Part shown: in pieces, positions 8,588 to 17,007 of the stretch
Layout of the letters: every line of letters starts with the position of its first letter
Position numbering within the stretch: position 1 is the first letter of the stretch
Origin: Acidimicrobiia bacterium
GTDB lineage: Bacteria; Actinomycetota; Acidimicrobiia; Spongiisociales; UBA11373
DNA: 64,000 nucleotides
Assembly: GCA_036478235.1 (NCBI GenBank)
Contig: JAZGDZ010000089.1
Span: 3,105 to 67,104 of the forward strand
Direction: 5' to 3'
Notes under the pieces: model-generated
Seen by the model: the letters and a program-made list of their open reading frames with translations, nothing else
Told to the model about the DNA's origin: nothing
Databases searched by the model: none
Program-made: the position numbers and the translations under genes

Positions 8588-9174
8588 GCCGTACTCCTCG
8601 CGTACTTGCTCTCGATGTCGTCGATCTTCTCGACCCTAAGCGCGTGGCGCCCCTCCCCCCAGGGAGTCGCCAGCCACGCCTCGACGATCTGCAGCGCCAG
8701 ATTCTCGCCGATCAGCCCGGCGCCCAGGGTCAGGACGTTGGCATGGTTGTGCTCGCGGCTGTTGCGCGCTGAGGAAACGTCGTAGCAGAGTGCGGCCCGC
8801 ACGCCGGGAACCTTGTTGGCCGCCATAGCCGACCCGATGCCGGCACCGTCGATCACTATCCCCCAGCGGCAACCTCCTCCCGCCACCTGCTCAGCCACCG
8901 CTTGGGCGAAATCGGGGTAATCGACCGACTCCGCCGAGTCCGTGCCGCAATCGACCACCTCGTGGCCTTGCTCGCGCAACCGGAAGGCGATCCGCTCCTT
9001 GAGCCGGAAACCCCCGTGGTCGGCGCCGATGGCGATCGCCTCGGTCTGACCCCCGGGCACCTCTTCGGGCGGTGGCGGAGGGGCCGACGCCGCTGGCGTG
9101 CGCCCCAGGTCGTCGACGATCTTCCCCACCAGAGCTCGGATCTCGTCTTCTCCGGGGACTTCAAGGCGCGGCAC
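8584..9174 (-). CDS. rpiB: RpiB/LacAB-family sugar-phosphate isomerase with an N-terminal encapsulation-peptide-like extension
   Basis: RpiB core motifs IAIGADHGGFRLKE, VVDCG and GAGIGSAMAANKVPGVRAA. It is preceded by EDEIRALVGKIVDDL plus an APPPPPEEVPGG linker. Confidence 0.8.
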   Translation of the reverse strand: MPRLEVPGEDEIRALVGKIVDDLGRTPAASAPPPPPEEVPGGQTEAIAIGADHGGFRLKERIAFRLREQGHEVVDCGTDSAESVDYPDFAQAVAEQVAGGGCRWGIVIDGAGIGSAMAANKVPGVRAALCYDVSSARNSREHNHANVLTLGAGLIGENLALQIVEAWLATPWGEGRHALRVEKIDDIESKYARSTA

Positions 9175-9242
9175 GCAGCGATTATCCCACGAAGAACCGC
9201 CGCGAGCCGGAGGCCTAGTCTCAAAACGAACGAAGGATCATC

Positions 9243-9851
9243 GTGGCAGACGACTCAGCCTTCATCTGGGACCGGCCGACCCCACAGGTGACGCCGCGAC
9301 GCCGCCCGCCTATCCCGGAATCCGCAGCCCCCTCGCTCGAAGGCAGGATCACACTTCGAGAGGCGGAGCACCGCTTCGGGGTTCGGGTCTCGACCCTCCG
9401 AGCCTGGTCACGCCGCGGGTCGGTTGATGCGATCCGAACGCCCGGGCCTCACGGCGAGCAATGGATGGTCACGACCGAGTCGGTGGCGCACCATCTCAGC
9501 CGTCGAGCACCCCGAGCCACACCGACCGACGCTCCCCGATCGACCGGGCCCACCGAGGACGGCACCGCGATGCTCGTTCCCCGCGACGCCTGGGACCGCC
9601 TCATGGACCAGCTGGGAAACCTGCACGAGGCCGGCATGAATCTGGCCGAGGCCCGGGAGCGGGCCGCCAAGGCCGAGACCGAGGCGACGTTCCTACGGGA
9701 ACGATTGACCGAGATGCGCTCGGAGCGCGACGAGCTGAAGGAGCAGGCGCGACCAACCCAGCCGGACGCCCGAAGTGCGCCGTCTCCCACCTCGGGGGGA
9801 TGGGATTCCTTCCGAAAGCGCTACGGCTGGCTGTGGAGACGGAGGCACTAG
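9243..9851 (+). CDS. MerR-like HTH transcriptional regulator with a C-terminal coiled coil, divergent from the BMC operon
   Basis: Helix-turn-helix segment ITLREAEHRFGVRVSTLRAWSRRG and a C-terminal heptad-like segment (LAEARERAAKAETEATFLRERLTEMRSERDELKE). GTG start. 68-nt divergent intergenic region. Confidence 0.5.
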   Translation: MADDSAFIWDRPTPQVTPRRRPPIPESAAPSLEGRITLREAEHRFGVRVSTLRAWSRRGSVDAIRTPGPHGEQWMVTTESVAHHLSRRAPRATPTDAPRSTGPTEDGTAMLVPRDAWDRLMDQLGNLHEAGMNLAEARERAAKAETEATFLRERLTEMRSERDELKEQARPTQPDARSAPSPTSGGWDSFRKRYGWLWRRRH

Positions 9852-9860
9852 CCTCGCTCG

Positions 9861-10775
9861 GTGCGCCTCAAGCATTGGACCCTCCTGCTCATCGCCGCCT
9901 TCGGGTGGGGGGCGGGGGGCGTGATCACCCGGGCCGCATTCAACGAAGGCCTGGACCCGGTCGGGTTCAGCGCCTATCGCTCAGCAGTCGCGGCGATCGT
10001 CGTGCTCTCTTACCGGCTCGCCCGACGAGGCCGGCTGGGGCTGGGGCGTCGCGCCTGGCGCGCCGGTGCGGTCCTCGGGACGATCAACCTCGCCGTGCCC
10101 TTCCTGCTGCTCACGATCGCCGTCTCCTTTGCATCGGCCGGGTTCGTAGGGCTGCTGGTGGCAAACATCCCGATCGGCACCGCCGTTTGGGCGCATCTCC
10201 TGGGTGAGGAGAAAATCGACGCGCCCAGAGCGGTCGGGCTGGGTGTCGCCTTGAGCGGGGTGATGCTCCTTCTGCTCTCCGGCGACAGCGGACTCGATGA
10301 GGGCGGCAACCCGACACTGGCGATAGGCCTGTCGCTGATCGGCCTCGCATTCGCCTCGTACTCGATCCTGTTCGCCAAGCGCGCCACCGCCACCCTCGAT
10401 CCGGTGTCCATCGCCGGGCCCCAGTTCGTCGTCGGGACCGGGCTCCTCTTGCTGCTGGTGCCGTTCACCGACGGCGTGCCCTCAGAGGTGACGACCGCCG
10501 GTTGGGCGCTCGTGGTGGCGGCGGGCCTCCTGTCCACCGCGCTGCCCTTCCTCGTGTTCTACACCGCTTTGCCCAACATCAGCGCGACCCAGGCGTCGCT
10601 GGTCGGCTACGTGGTACCGCTCGTCTCCATCGTGCTGGGGGTGGCCTGGCTGGACGAGCGGGTCACCGCCGCGATAGCCGCCGGAGGGGCACTGATCCTG
10701 GGGGGCATAGTCCTCGCCGATCGCGCCGCAGCACAGGGGCGTCCGGCCCCAACGATCACCGGGCAACCGGAGTAG
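9861..10775 (+). CDS. EamA/DMT-family transporter
   Basis: 10-TM profile. The sequence shows two repeated hydrophobic halves, as in duplicated EamA-domain (DMT) proteins. Confidence 0.7.
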   Translation: MRLKHWTLLLIAAFGWGAGGVITRAAFNEGLDPVGFSAYRSAVAAIVVLSYRLARRGRLGLGRRAWRAGAVLGTINLAVPFLLLTIAVSFASAGFVGLLVANIPIGTAVWAHLLGEEKIDAPRAVGLGVALSGVMLLLLSGDSGLDEGGNPTLAIGLSLIGLAFASYSILFAKRATATLDPVSIAGPQFVVGTGLLLLLVPFTDGVPSEVTTAGWALVVAAGLLSTALPFLVFYTALPNISATQASLVGYVVPLVSIVLGVAWLDERVTAAIAAGGALILGGIVLADRAAAQGRPAPTITGQPE

Positions 10776-10785
10776 CGTCCCGCCG

Positions 10786-11700
10786 GTGGCCGACACGTCC
10801 GTCCTCTCCATCACGGAACTGAGGTTCGCCTACGGTGACATCGTCGCCATCGACGGCATCACCCTGCAGGTGCCGAGCGGTCGCATCGGGCTGGTGGGAG
10901 CCAACGGGGCCGGCAAGACGACCCTGTTGAAGGTCCTGCTGGGAGTGCTCGAGCCCGCCGCCGGGACCGTCGTGGTCCTCGGCCACCCGGTTCCCCGAAA
11001 GACCCTCGAGGTGCGGTCCCGGGTCGGGTGGATGCCGGAAGACGACTGCCTTCCGCCCGATCAGACGGCGGCCGACTTCCTCGGATATGCCGCCGAGCTC
11101 GGCGGGCTCCCCGTCAAGGCGGCCCGCCAGCGTGCCAGCGACATCCTCAGCCTGGTGGGCCTCCACGAAGAACGCTTCCGCTACATGGGCGATTTCTCCA
11201 CCGGAATGAAGCAGCGTGCCAAACTCGCCCAGTCGATAGTCCACGACCCGGACCTCGTCCTGCTCGACGAACCCACCGCCGGGCTGGATCCCGAGGGTCG
11301 CGAGGAGATGCTCGATCTCATCAGGCGTTTCGACGATTTCGGGATCAACGCGGTCATCTCCTCCCACCTTCTCACCGACATCGAGTACACCTGCGACTGG
11401 GTGGTCATGCTCGACGGCGGCAAGGTGCTGCGATCGGGCCCGTTGACCGAGCTCTCCACTCCGGATGTCGCAGAGCTCGAGGTCATCGGTGACGCGCAGG
11501 CCGTGGCCCGCATCGCCCGCTCACTCGGAGCCGAGGTCACGGTCGACGACGACTCGCTGACTCTCACGGTCCCCGACGGCGATCCGTTCACGATCGCTCG
11601 CGACGCCGTCGTTGATGCCGGTGCTGCCTTCCGCAGACTCGGAGTCAAGCGGACCACGCTCGAGGACGTCTTCATGGCCGGGGGTGACACCGATGGCTGA
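10786..11700 (+). CDS. ABC transporter ATP-binding protein
   Basis: Walker A motif GANGAGKTTLLK. Signature and Walker B motifs present (LSGGMKQR-like FSTGMKQRA, LLDEPTAGLD). Confidence 0.85.
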   Translation: MADTSVLSITELRFAYGDIVAIDGITLQVPSGRIGLVGANGAGKTTLLKVLLGVLEPAAGTVVVLGHPVPRKTLEVRSRVGWMPEDDCLPPDQTAADFLGYAAELGGLPVKAARQRASDILSLVGLHEERFRYMGDFSTGMKQRAKLAQSIVHDPDLVLLDEPTAGLDPEGREEMLDLIRRFDDFGINAVISSHLLTDIEYTCDWVVMLDGGKVLRSGPLTELSTPDVAELEVIGDAQAVARIARSLGAEVTVDDDSLTLTVPDGDPFTIARDAVVDAGAAFRRLGVKRTTLEDVFMAGGDTDG

Positions 11701-12559
11701 GGGAGTGGTCTTCGACCTCGGGTACACGCCGCATGACGGTCTGCGGTTGGGAAGGTCCGGAGCCCGTAAGGCGCTGCTCAAGGATGGACTGCGTCGAGTG
11801 CTCGGGCTTCGCCGCAAGGCGCGCCGCAAGGTGCTGCCGGTGATCCTGATGGCGATCGCAGTCATGCCGGCACTGTTCTTCACTGCATTCGGAGTCATCA
11901 CCGGAGAGTTCGATGCAGCCGCGACCTTGTTCGACCACGAGAACTACTTCGATCTCAACGGAACAATGGCCCTCATCTTCGTGGCCCTCGCCTCCAGCGA
12001 ACTGCTCATCCCCGACCGGGTCAACGGGACGATGGCGGTCTATGCCTCACGGCCGCTGACGACCGCCGACTACGTGGCAGGACGGGCCGGGGCACTGGCG
12101 ATCGTCGTCTTTGCTTTTCTCTGGCTACCCCATGTCGTGCTCTTCATCGGACGCGCCTGGGTCGACGACGGCGGCTTCGGCTCCTACCTCGTCGACAACG
12201 CTGCGGTGATCTGGAAGACCGCTCTCGCCTCAATCGTCTACTTCGCCGGATACACCTCGATCGCATTCCTCGTCGCGGCGTTCTCGAAGAGGACTTCGGT
12301 CTCGGCCGGTGTGTACCTAGGGGTGGTCATGCTCTCCAATGCGACAGTCGAACTCGTCGACGCCGGGTTCTCAGTGTTCGGTCTCGGTGCGCTGCAGCAC
12401 CACCCCGGATACGTCAAGGACTGGATCCTGGGCACCTCCACGCAGACGTGGATCCCTGAGCAAGCGGGCATGGAACCGATTATGTCCCTGTTCGTCATCG
12501 TCGCCATGTCGGTCGCTGCTGGACTCATAGTCGTTGGCCGGTATAGGAGGGTGGCATGA
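11693..12559 (+). CDS. ABC-2 type transporter permease
   Basis: Multi-TM protein. Its ATG overlaps the preceding ATPase stop (ATGGCTGA). The upstream extension from 11612 is rejected. Confidence 0.55.
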   Translation: MAEGVVFDLGYTPHDGLRLGRSGARKALLKDGLRRVLGLRRKARRKVLPVILMAIAVMPALFFTAFGVITGEFDAAATLFDHENYFDLNGTMALIFVALASSELLIPDRVNGTMAVYASRPLTTADYVAGRAGALAIVVFAFLWLPHVVLFIGRAWVDDGGFGSYLVDNAAVIWKTALASIVYFAGYTSIAFLVAAFSKRTSVSAGVYLGVVMLSNATVELVDAGFSVFGLGALQHHPGYVKDWILGTSTQTWIPEQAGMEPIMSLFVIVAMSVAAGLIVVGRYRRVA

Positions 12560-13488
12560 CGGCATCGCCCGCCTTCGTCTCGGAGCCGACGGTCGTCGTC
12601 GACGGTCTCTCGAAGTGGTTCGGCCAGAAGGTGGCGATCTCCGACCTCTCCTGCTCGTTCGGGACCGGCATCACCGGGCTGCTCGGTCCGAACGGTGCCG
12701 GCAAGACCACCCTGCTGAGGGTCATCTGCGGCCTGCTCGGCCCGTCCGACGGATCGGTGAGAGTGCTCGACTCCGATCCCCGCCGGAATCCCGCTGTCTA
12801 CTCCGAGGTAGCGCTGGTTCCTGAGGAGGATGCCGTGTACGGATTCCTCACCGCCCGTCAGTTCGTCGGATACGCTGCCCGGCTCAGCGGAAGCCACCCG
12901 GACGCGGTCGACACCGCCATCGCCGAGGTGGACTTGCTCGACGCTGCCGATCGCCCCATCGCCGGCTTCAGCAAGGGCATGCGGCAGCGGGCCAAGGTGG
13001 CGGCTGCCCTTGTCACGAACGCCCAGATCCTGATTCTCGACGAGCCGCTCAACGGGACGGACCCGGTGCAGCGAGCGAAACTGATCGCCACGTTCCGCGG
13101 GCTCGCCGAGCAGAGGACCGTGATCGTGTCTTCCCACGTCCTCGCCGAGGTGGAACGCATGGCGGACCGGGTCCTGGCCATCGTCGACGGGAAGCTGGCC
13201 GCGGCCGGGGACGTCGCCGCCATCCGTCAGGCGATGTCCGACATCCCGTACCGGGTGCGGGTGGAGACCGACGCCCCTCGCCGGCTGGCCGGACCGTTGA
13301 TGGCGTCCCAGGATGTGAGCTCGGTCGCCGTGGAGGGACCGGTGCTCCACATCGAGACCTCCGATCTGAGCGCTCTGGGCCGGGCCGTGCCCCGGGTGGC
13401 ACGAGATTCGGGGATTCGGGTCACTGGCTTCGAGCCCGAGGACGAGTCTCTGGAGAGCGTGTTCCGCTACCTGGTGAGACGGCGATGA
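12556..13488 (+). CDS. ABC transporter ATP-binding protein (second pair)
   Basis: Walker A motif GPNGAGKTTLLR. Motifs FSKGMRQRA and LILDEPLNGTD. Confidence 0.85.
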   Translation: MTASPAFVSEPTVVVDGLSKWFGQKVAISDLSCSFGTGITGLLGPNGAGKTTLLRVICGLLGPSDGSVRVLDSDPRRNPAVYSEVALVPEEDAVYGFLTARQFVGYAARLSGSHPDAVDTAIAEVDLLDAADRPIAGFSKGMRQRAKVAAALVTNAQILILDEPLNGTDPVQRAKLIATFRGLAEQRTVIVSSHVLAEVERMADRVLAIVDGKLAAAGDVAAIRQAMSDIPYRVRVETDAPRRLAGPLMASQDVSSVAVEGPVLHIETSDLSALGRAVPRVARDSGIRVTGFEPEDESLESVFRYLVRRR

Positions 13489-14231
13489 AAGGCCAACTAG
13501 CCATAGTCAAAGTCACCCTCCGACAGCTGCTCGGAGGCAGGCGGATGATCATTCTCGGGCTCCTGGCGATGATTCCAGCGATCGTCGTCTGGCTCAGCAC
13601 CCGCAACCTGACCGGCTCCGCAATGTTCGATCGATACAACGACGGTGCGGTACCCACTCTCTTCCTGATCGTCGTGCCCATCTCGGCGATCGTCCTCGGT
13701 TCAGCGGCACTCGGAGATGAGCGCCGCGATGGAACACTCTCGTTTCTCATTGTCCGACCGCTCCGTCGCAGCTCCATCACCGCCGCCAAGCTGCTGGCAG
13801 CCTGGACCGCAGCAACCGCCGTAACGATCCTGTCCGGCGTCCTCGCCTCGGCCGCCTTGTCGGTGCGATCATCCGATTGGTCGACGCTGATTCCGACGGT
13901 CGTGGGAATCGCCATCTCGACCGCCTGTTACGCCTCCGTGTTCATGGTGGTTGGCCATCTGACGTCCCGCGCGGTGCTGATCGGCCTGGTCTACGTGTTC
14001 GTTTGGGAGTCGGGGATCTCGTTTGCGGCTCCCTCGCTCGCCAACGTGTCGCTGTTTCGAATCGGACTCACCGCATACACGGGCCTGCTTCCCGACTCTC
14101 GGTCGGCCCTGTCCGATCCGCTCGGCTCACTCGCCCCAGGGGCGGGTGGCGCCATCGCCAAGACCGCCCTACTCGGGATCCTCGCGGTAACCGTCGCGGC
14201 GGGCCTCCTCAAGCGACGCGACATCGCCTGA
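13485..14231 (+). CDS. ABC-2 type transporter permease (second pair)
   Basis: 6-TM hydrophobic protein. Overlaps the upstream ATPase by 4 nt. Confidence 0.6.
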   Translation: MKGQLAIVKVTLRQLLGGRRMIILGLLAMIPAIVVWLSTRNLTGSAMFDRYNDGAVPTLFLIVVPISAIVLGSAALGDERRDGTLSFLIVRPLRRSSITAAKLLAAWTAATAVTILSGVLASAALSVRSSDWSTLIPTVVGIAISTACYASVFMVVGHLTSRAVLIGLVYVFVWESGISFAAPSLANVSLFRIGLTAYTGLLPDSRSALSDPLGSLAPGAGGAIAKTALLGILAVTVAAGLLKRRDIA

Positions 14232-14271
14232 GTCCTGAGCACCCAGACAACGGACCGCTACCTTTGCGACG

Positions 14272-15837
14272 GTGACGGACCAGGGTCGCAGCGGCGGCCG
14301 CTCGCTGTACAGACGCATGGGGATCGCCGCCGCCATCGTCGCCGGCGGGGTCCTCCTCTCCAGAATCCTCGGTCTCGTCCGCCAGGTCGTGTTCGCCTGG
14401 ATCCTCGGCGCCGGAGCCACCGGTGACGAGTACTTCGTCGCATTCATCATCCCCGACTTCCTCAACTACCTCCTGGCCGGCGCCTACATGGCGATCACCT
14501 TGATCCCGATCCTGACGCGGCGGTTCGCCAAGGGTGACGACGAGGACGCCTGGAGGGCGTTCTGGGCGATTACCAGGCCACTGGCGATCGGGGTGACGGG
14601 TGTCGTGATCATCGCCATGCCGCTGGTGGAGCCAATCCTGCGGGCCATCGAACCCGGATTCACGGATGCCCAGGTGGCGACGGCGGCGCGGCTCACCCGA
14701 ATCGTTCTCCCGGCCCAGATCTTCTTCATCCTCGGCCAGCTGCTCACTGCCGTGCAGTTCTCCAGGGAGCGGTTCGTCATCCCGACGATCGGACCCATCG
14801 TCTACAACCTGGCGATCATCGCCGGCGGCCTGATCGGCGGGCTGGGGAGAGACAACCCCTCGGCCGACGGGTTCGCCTGGGGTGCGCTCGCCGGAGCCTT
14901 CGCCGGGATCTTTGTCCTCCAGGTGTGGGGCGCCTGGCGCGCAGGCCTCCGCCTTCCCAGCGGAGGGATCAGGCGTCACCCGGCCGTGCGTCGATACTTC
15001 GCTCTGGCGATCCCCCTCATGCTCGGCCAGTCGCTCGTCGTGCTCGACGAGCAGCTGGGACGAACATTCGGGTCACTGGTCTCCGACGGCGGGGTCTCGT
15101 GGCTCACCTTCGGCCGCCAAACGATGCTGGTGCCGGTTGGGGTGATCGCCCAGGCCGCCGGTGTCGCCACCTACCCCTTCCTGGCCCGGCTGGTCGCCGA
15201 AGGCCGCCACCGCGAGATGGCTGCCGCGGTGGGGCGAGCCATCCGCTACATACTTGTCGTGTCCCTGGCGGCGGCGGCGGCACTGATGGCGCTGTCGATG
15301 CCTGCGGTCAGGGCGCTGTACGAGCGGGGCTCGTTCGACGCCGCCGACACCGCGGCGACGGCCGGGACCGTCGTCTTCTTCGCCATCGGCATCCCGATGT
15401 GGGGTGCGCAGCAGATCTATGCCAGGGGGTTCTACGCCCGCGAGGAGATGTGGGCCCCGGTGGTCGTCGGGACCGCAGCGACCGCAGTCGCAGTCCCCGT
15501 GTACTGGATCCTCCAGGACCAGATGGGGGTAGACGGCCTGGCGCTGGCCAGCACGATCGCCATCACCGCGTACACGATCGCGCTCGCGGTCCTCTGGTAC
15601 GGACGGACCGGATGGGAGCACTTCCGGCCCCTGGCCCTTACCGCCCTCAGGAGCCTTCCGACCGCGGCTGTCGCCGGGTTCGTCGCCTGGTTCCTGGCAG
15701 ACCTCGTCATCGGCGACGGCGCAGGGTTCTGGCTCGACGTCACGGCCGTCGTCGTCGGTGGGGTCGCGGTCCTCGCCGTGGTGCTCGGCCCCCCGTGGGT
15801 TCGAAAGGATTTGGCCTCGGAAGGCAATAGGCAATAG
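14272..15837 (+). CDS. murJ: Lipid II flippase MurJ (MviN family)
   Basis: N-terminal MurJ signature SRILGLVRQVVFAWILGAGATGDEYFVAFIIPDFLNYLLAG. 14-TM architecture. Confidence 0.85.
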   Translation: MTDQGRSGGRSLYRRMGIAAAIVAGGVLLSRILGLVRQVVFAWILGAGATGDEYFVAFIIPDFLNYLLAGAYMAITLIPILTRRFAKGDDEDAWRAFWAITRPLAIGVTGVVIIAMPLVEPILRAIEPGFTDAQVATAARLTRIVLPAQIFFILGQLLTAVQFSRERFVIPTIGPIVYNLAIIAGGLIGGLGRDNPSADGFAWGALAGAFAGIFVLQVWGAWRAGLRLPSGGIRRHPAVRRYFALAIPLMLGQSLVVLDEQLGRTFGSLVSDGGVSWLTFGRQTMLVPVGVIAQAAGVATYPFLARLVAEGRHREMAAAVGRAIRYILVVSLAAAAALMALSMPAVRALYERGSFDAADTAATAGTVVFFAIGIPMWGAQQIYARGFYAREEMWAPVVVGTAATAVAVPVYWILQDQMGVDGLALASTIAITAYTIALAVLWYGRTGWEHFRPLALTALRSLPTAAVAGFVAWFLADLVIGDGAGFWLDVTAVVVGGVAVLAVVLGPPWVRKDLASEGNRQ

Positions 15838-16115
15838 GGGGGAAGGCTCAGGACATCGTTGGCGGTAGGTCCGCTCTTGCTATTGCGGAAGGCGAAGCCG
15901 AGGCGGAAGTCGGCCCGGGCATGAACACGGCCGCCGTGGGGCAGGGGCCCCACGTTGCGGAGGAGGGCCGACCGTGTCTTCCTCGAGTCGGTTCGACCCC
16001 TATCCGGTCTCGAACCTCCTCTCAAGCGTGCCTCGCCAAAGGCTCGGCGCCCCGTTCTACGCCTGTTTCGGATCGGCAATGCCGATCCGAAAGTCGGCCC
16101 GGGTATCAACATGGG

Positions 16116-16143
16116 GAGAGGGAGCGGCTTGCGCCGCTCCCTC
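16116..16143. terminator. Perfect 10-bp-stem hairpin between convergent murJ and sodN, a candidate bidirectional terminator
   Basis: agggagcggc ttgc gccgctccct. There is no strong T-run on either side. Confidence 0.35.
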
Positions 16144-16171
16144 TGTGGTTGCCCCTTACTCCGCCGTACGG

Positions 16172-16558
16172 CTAGCTCTTGGTCTTCTGGAAGATCTCCG
16201 TGATCTCGGCAATGAGCCGCAACAGCTCGTCACCGGATGCAGGGTCCATCGACTTCTTCGCATCACCCGCCTGCTTGGCAGCGCGCCAGAACAGATCGTG
16301 GAGTTGTGGGAACTCCTCCACGTGAGGCGGCTTGAAGTAGTCGGTCCAGAGCACCCACAAGTGGTGCTTCACGAGCTCGGCTCGTTGCTCCTTGATGATC
16401 ACGCAACGCTGCCGGAAGACCTCGTCGTCGGAGTCCTGGTATTTCTGTTGGATCGCCTGTACCGATTCGGCCTCGATCCGGGCCTGAGCAGGGTCGTACA
16501 CCCCACACATGAGGTCGCAGTGGGCGTGAGCCACACGCTTCGGCCTCAGCAATGACAT
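16172..16558 (-). CDS. sodN: Nickel-containing superoxide dismutase (NiSOD) precursor
   Basis: Leader MSLLRPKRVAHA is followed by the mature N-terminal Ni-hook HCDLMCGVYDPAQARIEAESV. The arginine-rich in-frame extension to 16882 is rejected. Confidence 0.85.
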   Translation of the reverse strand: MSLLRPKRVAHAHCDLMCGVYDPAQARIEAESVQAIQQKYQDSDDEVFRQRCVIIKEQRAELVKHHLWVLWTDYFKPPHVEEFPQLHDLFWRAAKQAGDAKKSMDPASGDELLRLIAEITEIFQKTKS

Positions 16559-16607
16559 CGACGAAGTCCTTCCTGCCGTTCGACCTCTGCACCCTACACT
16601 CGACCGG

Positions 16608-16994
16608 GTGGCCGAACCCACCGGAAAACAACTCGGGCGCGGCCGGGCCCTGGCGTCACTGATCGCCGCAGCTTTCACTCTGAGGATCCGGAGGTTCGAG
16701 ATCGCCGACCGCAGCATGGAGCCGACACTGGGCGACGGCAACTGGGTGCTGGGCGCAGTCCGTTCCGGGTCGGTTCGCCCCGGGGACATCGTGGTGCTCG
16801 AGATGCCCGGGCGCCCCGGCTTCGAGATCGTCAAGAGGGTGGCGGCAATCGGCGACGGCTCCCTGCTGCTCGAAGGGGACAACCCGGCGGCAGGAAGCGT
16901 CGACAGCGAAACCTTCGGCCCGGTGCCGGCTGCGGCCGTGTCGGCTCGCCTCGTCCTGCGCTACAGGCCGCTTCCACCTCGCCTCCTCAGATGA
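16608..16994 (+). CDS. sodX: NiSOD maturation protease SodX (S26 signal-peptidase family)
   Basis: S26 catalytic Ser motif DRSMEPTLGDG. Divergently adjacent to sodN, as is typical for the sodN-sodX pair. Confidence 0.75.
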   Translation: MAEPTGKQLGRGRALASLIAAAFTLRIRRFEIADRSMEPTLGDGNWVLGAVRSGSVRPGDIVVLEMPGRPGFEIVKRVAAIGDGSLLLEGDNPAAGSVDSETFGPVPAAAVSARLVLRYRPLPPRLLR

Positions 16995-17007
16995 AGCATC
17001 GCCGGAC

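Noticed and set aside
16559-16882. Long N-terminal extension of sodN (236-aa ORF)
   Set aside because: NiSOD precursors have a short leader cleaved before the HCD Ni-hook. The extension is Ser/Arg/Pro-rich and overlaps the divergent sodX promoter region.
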